From Pelomyxa schiedti (Eukaryota; Protista; Evosea): DNA of 32,263 nt. The notes under the pieces were generated by a model. It did not search any database, had not been told where the DNA came from, and saw only the letters and a program-made list of their open reading frames with translations. Positions 1 to 10,193 of this stretch are shown here, piece after piece (positions within the stretch are counted from its first letter, which is position 1; each line of letters begins with the position of its first letter). Location: NCBI GenBank assembly GCA_020536535.1, contig JAHLWZ010000992.1, positions 1-32,263 of the forward strand. Reading direction: 5' to 3'. The translations under genes were made by a program, and so were the position numbers.

Positions 1-211
1 AATTCCCGGCTCACAATTTGTGCATGCCTCGGGGTTTCTGGCTTGCAATGCAACACTCGAGGGTGCCATCCAAATGACAGCAACCTCAGTCGAGATGCAG
101 AGAGACTCACTCCCTTAACCTGACCCAAAAAAGAACCATTCATTCATTGATCAAAATTCTAAATCAGATCTGCCAAATAGAAAAAATAACCCGCCCACGA
201 CACACCCAGAG

Positions 212-2419
212 ATGAGCGCCGCTTTCGACGACCCCTTAGACTTGGGAAACGTGTTGTATATCCGCGAGATGGACTCGTGCTATGATCCTCGTGAGATCGA
301 GGCGGCTTTTCGGGCTCTCGGGTACATCGTGTCAGCAACAAGACCAGCACTAAGTCCTTCGTTCGATGAGTATTACAGCTACGTGACGTTCAGATCAAAC
401 GAAGACGCACTCGCCGCACTCAATTTGCGCCGGGTCTTGCTTCGTGGGGTGTCTGTGCGGGTGCGACCGTCGCCCGCGGCGCTGGCGTGGCTGGGATATT
501 GGAAGGAGGAGCAGAGCCGCCCACACGGCAACCGACGCCTCCCGCCCGCGTCCCCTCACCGCGCCTCCCCTCGGTACGACCGCCGCCACTCGCAACCGCA
601 GCAGCAGCCGCAACCGCCTCGCCGTGCCGCCCGCGCACCCGTCCCTCACGATGGTGGCTCTCCTCGCTCCGACCGCAGCCGCAGCCGCCGCAGCCTCAGT
701 CCGCCACGAGAGAGGAGCCGCAGTCCCGTGGGCCCTCGTGGTGCCGCTGCCCGCCGGGCGCCACCCCCGCGTCTTTCCCCCCGTAGCCGCAGTCCCAGCC
801 CCCGACCCCACGTCTCTGGCACACCATCTTCTGCTAGTATCCAGCATGCACATTTGCACCCTCCACCTCCCGCACAGCAACCCCCTCCCCCATCACAACC
901 ACAGCAGCAACCACCCCGGCGGCAGCAGCTGCAGCGGCAGCAGCAGCAACAACAACAACAACAACAACAACAAAACGGTCAGGAACCCCCTCAACAACGA
1001 TACTGTACGTTAACGGAGGCTGACTACGCTGAACTTGCATTGGGTTGGGCAGAGTACGGTTTTGCAAGGATGAAAGAGATAGAAGAGAACCCAGCAGCCA
1101 GGTATGGGCGATACCGCTGGGCGACATGCGAGGAATGTGAGATTGATGGTTGCAACAGTGGTGGTTCTCATTCTTCCGGAAGTGATGGTGGTGACGACAG
1201 TGATGACAACAATGGTGAGGCTGAGAGTTCTTGCCATATTAAGAAAGCTCTTGTCGCGAAGGAACAGATTATAGCACTGGCAAAGACTCCACTACAAAAC
1301 CCTTGCTCTGATAATCCAATGCGTGTTGTGATGCGAATTCTGTGGGAATACATTGTTTACACCGAGGTCAAAGTAAAGGTATGCCTTAGTCACAGAGACC
1401 CCACTGTTGGCGATGACTTTCGTTTGAAGCTATGGATATCAATTGGGATATCACCACTCACGCATGGAACAATCGGGCCCTGGAAGCTATCAAGGGATGG
1501 TACAAATATTCCCGGGGAAGACATACTCTGGACTGATGAAAATCACTTCATTTTTGCCGACTACAACTGGGTCTTATGGGAAAAAAATGCCGGGCTTGTG
1601 GAGCCAAACACACCTCCAAAGAAAATCTGGCCCTCAGAAAACATCAACTGTGAAGGATTCAAATTGACAAGCTGGTCCTCAAATACAACATGGGTAGCTG
1701 GATTAGGCTACTTGCACAACGCACCAAATCACCCGACTGCCATTTTTATCCAACAAACCAAACTGATTGGTCAGCGTGACCCTGTTGTGATCACCCTCCC
1801 ATTCTCCAACAACACCCACACCATTCAGGCGCCCTCTTTCAACACCCCCGACCCCAATGAGCTAATTTTCATTGCTGAAACCCACCGCGAAAGCACCGAT
1901 GACCCACAACAGCTTTTAATAATGGATACAAGCAAATCCTACAGGACGGGGACCTTCCAATTAAAGTCTAGCACCAGAGTCAACTTCACTGCTAACTCCG
2001 TGATACCGGCATTCTGCAACGACTTTTTTGTTGTTGACACAGGTGGAGACGGAAAATTCCAGGCGTGGATTGTGCACAAAAACACTGGAGAGAAAAAGCT
2101 GCTTGTCACTGCTAGCAGGCCCGTGCAGTCATCCTGGATGAGCGGTGCGAAATTCACAGTACGGTATCAAAGAAGCTACAAAGGAACTGACCAAGAGGAA
2201 GTGGTATGCCAGCGATGGGAGAACCAAACCAAGCAAGTCGCTATCGGCACTCCCTGCAACAACACAGAAGCATCTTCCCTTGTGAACTCTTTGCTGCTGG
2301 TTCACACCCAACGTGGCAACAGAGTGCAGTTTGTTGATGTCAGGTCCAGAGAGGTCTTTTTCCAGCTCCACTTCAAGCAATGGCAGAATGCCTTCATCCT
2401 TGCTGTTTACTGCCTGTAG
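212..2419 (+). CDS. RRM-domain protein with RS/proline-rich and polyQ linker, fused to a lineage-specific C-terminal domain
   Basis: 735-aa ORF with no introns needed. N-terminal RRM-like pattern (RNP2-like VLYIREM, RNP1-like YSYVTF, then EDALAAL..L.G..VRV). RS-rich stretch (RSRSRRSLSPPRERSRSP), polyQ, then a beta-rich C-terminal region starting AKEQIIALA...VVMRILWEYIV. Confidence 0.8.
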   Translation: MSAAFDDPLDLGNVLYIREMDSCYDPREIEAAFRALGYIVSATRPALSPSFDEYYSYVTFRSNEDALAALNLRRVLLRGVSVRVRPSPAALAWLGYWKEEQSRPHGNRRLPPASPHRASPRYDRRHSQPQQQPQPPRRAARAPVPHDGGSPRSDRSRSRRSLSPPRERSRSPVGPRGAAARRAPPPRLSPRSRSPSPRPHVSGTPSSASIQHAHLHPPPPAQQPPPPSQPQQQPPRRQQLQRQQQQQQQQQQQQNGQEPPQQRYCTLTEADYAELALGWAEYGFARMKEIEENPAARYGRYRWATCEECEIDGCNSGGSHSSGSDGGDDSDDNNGEAESSCHIKKALVAKEQIIALAKTPLQNPCSDNPMRVVMRILWEYIVYTEVKVKVCLSHRDPTVGDDFRLKLWISIGISPLTHGTIGPWKLSRDGTNIPGEDILWTDENHFIFADYNWVLWEKNAGLVEPNTPPKKIWPSENINCEGFKLTSWSSNTTWVAGLGYLHNAPNHPTAIFIQQTKLIGQRDPVVITLPFSNNTHTIQAPSFNTPDPNELIFIAETHRESTDDPQQLLIMDTSKSYRTGTFQLKSSTRVNFTANSVIPAFCNDFFVVDTGGDGKFQAWIVHKNTGEKKLLVTASRPVQSSWMSGAKFTVRYQRSYKGTDQEEVVCQRWENQTKQVAIGTPCNNTEASSLVNSLLLVHTQRGNRVQFVDVRSREVFFQLHFKQWQNAFILAVYCL
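926..975 (+). repeat. CAG/CAA microsatellite encoding polyglutamine
   Basis: cagcagcagcaacaacaacaa... run in frame with ORF 212..2419. Confidence 0.9.
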
Positions 2420-2559
2420 AAACTGTGTTTCCTCACCAAAAAAAGTAACCAAAGGAAATAAACTTTTTTTTTGACAAGTCGGTAACATATCCTCAGTACA
2501 AACCTCACTGTTCTTTGAGGGCGAGTGAGGTTCGGTCTATTTGGGAAGCCAGGTCAGAA

Positions 2560-3900
2560 CCCTTGAATGCAACATTACAACATGATTTCCCATATCGTTG
2601 TCCTTGATGTCCATTTGACAGCTTGTGATCCTGGTTCTGTAATGACATTAGTATTGCCGGCTATAATACATACAATCAGCCAGCAGCTGTTATGTGATTT
2701 TTGTAAGTCGCAATCGGCTGCTACTTGTGATTTCGACTGTCTCACAACAACTTCAAGATAGGATTGCGCCCACCAGCATGGAGAAAACGTGTCCCCTCTG
2801 TGGTAGTGGATTTTGGGTCTAATTTAAACAAGAGTATGTATAGTGGGAGAAAAGAAATTTGGACCATACAGTTGGCAAGAAGCCATAAACAACTAAAGCC
2901 GATCCGCCGAACAGTGGCCGTAATATCTAGGGGTTTGTTGAAATCCTGTAAGAGCTGAGAGTTACCTGAGAACAAAGAAGTAAAAATGTAACAGTGAGAT
3001 CGACAGTACTATAGCTGCGGTTGCGGAGAACACACTTTGCCCATCAGTTAGTAAAAAAAAACCTGTTGAGGTATTCCTGGGGTAGGCTTTTTGCTCTTCA
3101 AAGGCGAAAAAAAAAAAAATTATTGAGAAAGAAGGGTACTCAACTCCCTTTGGAGAAAAGAGTCACATGACAGGTACCAAATCCTGTTAATTGCATGAGA
3201 ATCCGAGTCATCTCCAACAAGGCGTATCCGCTCAGGTAAAACCTCAAGAATATTTGCAGCATTTGTTTTACTGAAAACAAGTTGGAACAACAAAGGAAGC
3301 CTGTACCTTGTTTAATTGGCTCTCCTTCCACACTCCCTGATCTGAAATGGGGAGGGATATTTTGATAAGAACGAAAGTAACCTGTCGACAAGGAATATGC
3401 ACTCTGAGACAACATCACCTTCGAGCTTGGGGAAAAATGTGAGCATTACAACTTTGTCACCGTGTTCAGATTGTTGAACTCGGCAATTGATTCTTGGAGC
3501 ATAAATGTTGCATGGTGCAATGTCTGAACTTACTCGTTTGTGGGTGCAAGCTGTATCAAGAGTTCAAAATCCTTCCCTGGTGCGAATATTTTTTCAGCCA
3601 GTGTCACTCGTAGGCTTATCTCCTGGGTCAACAGTGATAGAGATAGATAGGACTGCTCATGTTTTTTTCCGCTCAGGGAGAGCAAGGTGGGAAGTAAAAA
3701 TTACCTAGAGAGGCGCTAATAGAACTACCATATGCCCCTACTTCCTTGAAGTAAATGGTACTGAGAGAATTTCTACTTCAAATCTAACTCCTGTCAGAAG
3801 AACAGACACTCTAGGATTTGAGGTGGCTCAGACAGAACTCGAGTGAGGAGGAGGAGGCGCGGAGCACGCAGGGGCGTAAAGTCGTGACATCGAAGGGTTC
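2560..3900 (-). pseudogene. Decayed VWA5A-like (VIT-vWA) gene; boundaries approximate
   Basis: Hand-spliced minus strand gives GKDFELLIQL..., VMLTFFPKLEGDVVSECIFLVDR|SGSVEGEPIKQ|VKQMLQIFLR, GFGTCHVTLFSKGS, then PTPGIPQQVF / LLTDGQ, all typical of VWA5A. Frameshifts occur near 3580-3620 and in the poly-T at 3053-3061, and the usual GGT segment between the GFG and TDG motifs is missing. Confidence 0.65.
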
Positions 3901-4993
3901 GCCTAAAATGCCAGCCGATGCTTGCTTTCTGGGGATAGCTCTGTGTAGAGTGTTCAGTAACAGTTAGTGTGCTTGGAACATTGAGTGCCTGATGTCCTCA
4001 ACCACTTGGGACTGGGCACAATTGAAGTTGATTTGTGAGGAACTGTCAGTTTGATTGAAGAAAAACGTACCAGCCGTTAGGTGATGAGACCTGGTCTCCC
4101 CACGTTTTAGCAGAGCAATTGGGACCAACATTTCCTTTGCAACATGAAATATGTTGTGGAAACAGCTGTGATGTAGCAGTAGGAGGGAACCTTCTGAGGA
4201 CCCCACCCAACTGTTGCATCGCGGCTGTTGTTCATAACATCCGAAGAAAACACCCATGGAATGCCGAAAACGCCAAATAAACTAATATGATGGTCTCTTG
4301 GTACGAAATATTACTCCGAACCCCATAATCCAAAACCGACGGGCATGGACATGTGGCAGTATCCCCGTCGATCGCACACTACAAACCACAATCGGCGCAC
4401 CACATACGTCGCTCTTTCCTTTTATGTGCTTTGATGCTATTCGGGGTCTTCCAGATCTGAGACTGAGATTAGGACTGGACTTCAACACAACAAGATATTC
4501 TGTTGGTCAAAAACCGCAACAACAGTCGGCACCAGGGCAGGTCAATAACAACCCCACACCGAATATTCTGGGGAAAAACGAAAAAGTTCCCAATTTGCAA
4601 TTACCCCGCCAAACCAGTCTCAAACTAATTCAAAAAAATAAATAAACCAACAAAGGCCGGACCGGGCCGGACCACACGACACAAGAACAGCAAACATCGG
4701 TAAGTACTGCAAATGACTACAATGTGTCCCCGTGTTCTTTGCTCTTCATTTTTTGAAAGTTTTTTTTTTCCCCTTGTTCCTTTTGTACTCGTGTTCTAGT
4801 TTTCCTTTCTCGTTGTGTAGAGCTGCCTAGCTATCTACTGCATTTTTGGCTTCGATCCTTAGTTGTAATAGGTTTGCCACAAGTTATCCTCAATACAAAT
4901 AAAGTAACCAAAGCTAAGTGCCTTCTCATCTTAGTCTAACTAATACTTACATTTAAATAGGCACCACCAAAGCCGATTTTGCAAGTACATCAT

Positions 4994-5109
4994 ATCACAA
5001 GTATCTCATCTCCATCCCCTTCGTATTAAAATCACAAGTAAAATCACAAGTATCATCATCCATCCCCTTCGTAAAATCACAAGTATCATCACAAGTAAAA
5101 TCACAAGTA
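4994..5109. repeat. Irregular tandem array of ATCACAAGTA (6 copies) with two TCCATCCCCTTCGT units
   Basis: ATCACAAGTA at 4994, 5031, 5043, 5076, 5088 and 5100. TCCATCCCCTTCGT at about 5011 and 5059. Confidence 0.9.
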
Positions 5110-6185
5110 TCATCAGTCAAGTCTCCAACAACCACATCCTTCCTTCCTTGACAACAAACAAGCCCCCCAAGCCGATTTTATGGAGCATCAACAACGACTC
5201 TTTGTCGACACAAAAAAACGAAATAGAAGCACCTGTAGTTTTTCTTTTTTTTGTGCGACTTGTTACCTCTGGGTTTTTGTTGCTTAGCGGTGGTTGGCGA
5301 ATGCACAACGGGTGTCTACTTGATGCTATTATGAGGCCGAGGCTGAGGCAAGCATTATCCTTCGTATGCAGGAGCTTGCTTTTGCAGTTTTTTATTGACA
5401 AAGAGAGGGAGGAAGCACACAGCATTGAGTATGTCCTGCGCTTCTATGATTGATTTCCCTCTTCTGTTAGAGTCGCCTCCCACAAACCTGTGAGTTGTGA
5501 GGACTGCGTTTGTTTGTTGAAGTGGGAAGACCTGTCTAAGTGTGCACTTGAACGAGAAATGTTCCAAGGCCACCACAGCATCTGATACAAGTGCCACTTG
5601 GCCCAAATGCTTTGTCTAATCTTAGCTTTGTCTCCCAGAGGCTGTTGCTGCTTCTACTACTGGTGCTTAGATGCAAAGACGCAAGCTGATCTTATCTGGT
5701 TCTGAGAGATGAGGCACCCGAGACACAAGCTCAGCGGCGGGATGCCCAGGTAGTGGCTCCGAGATCGCCACGGGGCGGTCCGAATCTTCTGAATGATGAA
5801 GTGCTGCTTGGGTGTGGGATGCAATCATCTAAGCGCCTGGCGGTCAAAAATCTCGCTCGTCAGGAAGGCCACGATGCTGTGGGCGCTTGCCATGGAACAG
5901 TTGCTGTGGCTGCATAGCCCACTAACGCCTTTTCAATGTCCATCCTGGCTGGTGATGGCGTTCTGGTCTGCAAACCAGCGCGCATGCAAAGCGTGCCGCG
6001 TCGTGAAGTGGCCACAAAGTTGACCGACGTCGGTGGTCACTGACGTTGCACCGGCATTCTCGCCTTATTGTTTATGTGAAAAGAGAATAACGGTGTTTTT
6101 TTTTTTTTATTCAGCCAATTGTTTGGGGTTGGTGCCATGGTCAAATGTCGAATTTTTTTGTTTGCTTTTAAAATCCACACAACAA

Positions 6186-7711
6186 TTACAAGTCAATCAG
6201 GGAAGCCAAGTATAATGGTGGATTTACAATGTCCTGCACACTTTGAAGGAGTTTCAGTTCTTTGGAGCCACTTTGGCTGGTGCGCATCAAAATTGCCTGT
6301 GTTGTAGAGTAAGTTTCAATTTCTCAAAGAAAATAACATACCCTTATCGTGCACACAGTGTGGAGACAGGCGTCCCTGCTGGATAGGCCTTTCGCCGTCC
6401 AAGCAGCCATCAGAGCTCCAAATATATCCCCTGTCCCAGAGAAATACCCGGAAATTCTTGGCACAGCTATTTTGAAGCAATCCTGACAACCTACGAGCCA
6501 TACGGAAAAGATTCTAAGCATGGAAAAAGGCATACTTGGGGTTGATGTGCTCCCAAAAACAAATAATGTGTCTGGTTCCTCTGGGAATACAATGCTGGTG
6601 ACAATAACTGTCTTGGCCCCCATTTCGTGTAGTTTGTTCATTGCGGACACCGCTGCTGATTCAGTTGTGAGTGGAATACCAGTGAGATACCTAAAAAGTT
6701 CAATAAAGTACGGCATACAGTAGAACCTGGCTTACTCGCACTCTGTTTGGTTTGGTAATAAAACGTCAGCATACTTAACAACAGTATGTTTGTACATTTC
6801 TGCAACGGCAACGGGAACATACAGATTATTGTTGTCCCCCATTACTGGATCACAAACTAAAGAATGAAGTGTTAGATTTTCTCTTAGGATGTGGGTGGGA
6901 GCAAACCGTAGAAAAGAGAAGGATTTTTATTTTTGAGATAGTGATATATATCACATATTTTTGATAACGCTTCTGCATCTCTGCAGTAGCCTGTTGTGTA
7001 ATAAAAAGTTAATGAAACGGCATAAGAGGATTTTGTGTAAATAGGATCAAGAAGCAAGAGGAAACCAGGAAAGAGAAGGAGAAAAACTGATGAGAAGAAG
7101 TTAAAAAGTAGAGGAAAGGGCCTGCAAAGAAGCCAGGCAGTAGACTACACGTGATTGATATCAACGTGCATGTGCAACTGCAAGGATTGGCAGAGACCGA
7201 TCAAGAATTTACAAGTGTGTTGTTTGTTTTGCTTAATTTTTGTTGAAAAAAAAGAAACGATAGGTGGATTAAAGCATTCATCGTTGTGTTTTCCACCAAT
7301 ATTGTACAAGGTACCAGTGAGAAGAAAGGTATAATCGGCAAGGTTGTTATCACACAATCCTTGAAACAACTCCCACAACATTTCACCCGACGTTATCTGC
7401 CCTCTCCATTTGGGGTATCCTAAGTGCAACTTAGGTCAATTTCTCCAAATTGTGGCGAACGTACCGGTGTGGTTGGAGAATTGAACAGTACATAACGGAT
7501 CAACATCGACTCCTAAAGCTTGGAGTGCAAACATTGAACACTTGTTCCCCACGTATCCTATAGGGGAAAAAAAAAGGAAAAAAGACATTTAGGAATGGGG
7601 GGGAAAAAAAAGTCGCTTCCTATCGCGATTTTTACCGTGAACGACAAATGATTGTATTGACAGGACTCTGTGATTGAGGCACAGGCTCGTGTTTGTCGTA
7701 GTTGTCGCCAT
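6186..7711 (-). CDS. pdxK: Pyridoxal kinase (ribokinase superfamily), 8 exons
   Basis: Spliced protein: [12 protein letters not shown]|[30 protein letters not shown]|GYPKWRGQ...LLTG|YC...|[13 protein letters not shown]...LLPNQTECE|YLTG...KTVIVTS...|[11 protein letters not shown]...|ELKLLQS. These are diagnostic PdxK motifs. ATG at 7711, TAA at 6186-6188. Confidence 0.96.
7119..7198 (-). other. Predicted long stem-loop inside the 324-nt third intron (6991-7314) of pdxK
   Basis: Nested complementary segments on the transcript strand: GGUCU/AGGCC, GCCA/UGGC, GCAGU/ACUGC, UGCACGU/ACGUGUA, capped by UGAUAUCA. Folded by eye only. Confidence 0.55.
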
Positions 7712-7876
7712 CACCGATCTCCCCCTTTTTTTGGTCTTGATTTTTATACGAGATTGATTGAAACGAACGCAAAAACCAGAGTCCGAGACTCTCAAGGACC
7801 TTTTGGAAAACCACACGAAAAACAAGATTTCGTGAAAATACCCGAACTTTTTTTTGTTGTTGTCTGTGGGTGGGCT

Positions 7877-9800
7877 TCACAAAAATAGAGCCTGGACGCT
7901 CTCGTGGAATGCTCTGGTGTGCGCTTCTACGTCAGCCAAAGTCGTGGCGGGGCACATCAGCGCCATGTTGTGAAACGGCGTTAGCAGAACGCCGCGGTTG
8001 AGCGCCGAGAGGTGCATGTATCTCTCGAGCTCGGGCGCGCACGCCGCCGCGGCTTCGCTCCCGTTGTGTGGGACTTGGCTGCAGAACCAGTATTCAGCGC
8101 GGCACCTTTGGATTTTTGTTGTTAGTTAGTGTGAGTCTCGTGCACTGTTTTGGTTTGTGGCTTGTGTGTTTCTGTGTGCTTGTTTTCGTGAGAGTATTGT
8201 TACCCGAGGCGCTGGACTACCCATGGGAGCTTGAATTTGTCGATTACTGACTGAACGCCTTTGGTCCACTCAATGGCTAGTTCCTCCATCTGGGTAAAGG
8301 CAGATTCCGTCAAAACATTCTCTAGAGTAGCTCTAATGGTAGCAAATGCGAGAGCATTTCCCTTTTTTGGTGTTATACTGATAAGAATTAGTAATGTGGA
8401 ATAACACACAGCCAGAGTTCCACCAACACCACCAACATCACAAATGTCCTTGTTTTCTTCAGAAAACGCCAGAAATTTAGTTGCAAGCTCCGAGGAAAGA
8501 CCATAAACAGATGCTGGAATGCCGGCAGCAATTGGCTTGCCAATGGTGAGAATATCCGGTTCCAGACCAAATCTTCCCGTGTAACCCCCAGGGCCAGAGC
8601 AGATTGTGTGTGTCTGTAAGTTTTGAGCATACATAACTACAAAAAGTGTATTCGTATACCTCGTCAATAATGAGTAGTGTACCAGTTCTCCTGGTTATTT
8701 CACGCAGGGCAGTATGAAAACCTGGATCGGGAAGAATAATACCAATGTTGGTCATTGCTGGTTCTGCTAATACTGCTGCAACGTCGTTGTCTCGGAGGGC
8801 CGCTTCCAGGGCAGGAATGTCATTGAATTCAATAACCTGTCGCATGTTAATTGGGATTGCACAAAGAGCCACACACTTTAGTGGTAAGAGTGGGATCACA
8901 GGCAGGGCCAATATTCCCTGGTCTACTGACAGGGGTTTTAGAAACTCCATCGAGAACAATAAAAGTTTCATCAACAGTGCCTGTTTGCATTACAAATTGT
9001 AAAGGGCAATAAAAGTTAACCATGATAACAGTAATTGAACACTAGGATCTTTTTTCTTCCTGTTAGCTGCCTGGCAATTCGAAGAACAAATCGATTGGCG
9101 TCAGTGGCTGTGAGTGCCTGTACCGAAATAAGGACCAGAACCAAGTTGGACAAACAATACCGCTTGCCAAAAAGGCAGATGGAACCTTCTTGTAAGCTCC
9201 TCTGAAACCCAAATCGCATCTTCAACTGGTAGCATGAAAGCGTGGCCATTAACAAGCCTGGCAGATGCAGCCTGAACAGCGGCAGTCGGAGCATGCCCTG
9301 TCATTGCCCCAGTATCACCCAAACAGAAGTCAATCATTCTAAAGCAAATTCGTTATTAACTTGACGAGTACAATTCCAATCGGGAAGCAAAAGTGGATGG
9401 GCATGTACTCACTGGTTTCCATCCACGTCAACAATATGTGCTCCCTTCCCTGACTCAATGAATACAGGCCAAGTTCCTACCACAATTTAGACTTGAAGAA
9501 TTTCCAGATAGTAATGCAACAAGTTCGTAAAAAAATGAAACGAAGCACCGCAATTCAATCAGAACACAGCCACATCACGCATCCCATAATGATAATGACA
9601 CAAACACACTAACCAGGGAGACGCAGCATCCAGCTCATTGGTACACCGGCGACCATCGACCTCCTCGCCCTGTCGTGCATCTCCTTGGACTTGGGGTGGT
9701 GAGCCTCGAATGTGACTATTTCGTCCTGCATGCACCGTTGCACCGCCTCGTGCGCTACGCTCCTGGTCGTCGCGGCATCATGGGACGTGGTGGAACTCAT
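7877..9800 (-). CDS. Class III PLP-dependent aminotransferase, GSA-aminomutase-like bacterial subfamily, 9 exons
   Basis: Spliced motifs GVPMSWM, VDVDGN|.IDFCLGDTGAMTGH, WQ.ALTATDANRFVLRIARQLTGR, CYHG|TVDE, AEPAMTNIG, LIIDE|THT, IGKPIAAGIP (Schiff-base Lys), GGTLA|GNAL, NRGVLLTPFHNMALMCP. ATG at 9800, TGA at 7877-7879. Confidence 0.93.
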
Positions 9801-10193
9801 TTTGGGGTGGGCCAAGGAATAAGGTGTAAATAATGAGGAAATTACTCCCCGTAAAGTGGTTCGACCGAGAATCAAGATTCGTGATCTTTTTGCAGAAGCC
9901 GGGTTACCATCAAAAAAGAGACCAATAAACATCGGGTGATAACTGACAGACAGAAGCGATTTGGACATGCCAGGAGGCACTCACGATTACCTGAGAAAGA
10001 AGCTTCCAGCCCCAGACAAGATCCGATCTTTGTGTTCGGGCACTGTGATGTTACGCAAAAACACAAGAGTGACGACGATTCAGTTGCGCCAGGTTTTATG
10101 GTAATTCCCTGAAGGAACTCCCCAACCGTCGTTAACGATTATTCATCAAGAAACCTCCCTCAACCAAAGAAAAACCAAAAGAGAAAGTCACAC

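Noticed and set aside
4353-4363. GTGGCAGTATC match to the U4 snRNA 5' region
   Set aside because: Only 11 nt match; the flanking U6-pairing sequence, kink-turn and Sm site were not found.
4994-5109. CRISPR-like repeat array
   Set aside because: The repeat is only 10-12 nt, spacers are 2-27 nt and reused, there are no cas genes, and the context is eukaryotic.
6991-7314. TPP riboswitch, SECIS or canonical snoRNA in the pdxK intron
   Set aside because: No CUGAGA / CCUGAU TPP core, no AUGA-AA-GA SECIS geometry, and no correctly placed C/D or H/ACA boxes were recognised on the transcript strand.
7877-9800. Assignment as hemL (glutamate-1-semialdehyde aminomutase)
   Set aside because: The HemL signature motifs SGTEA and DEVMTG are replaced, so it belongs to a related subfamily.
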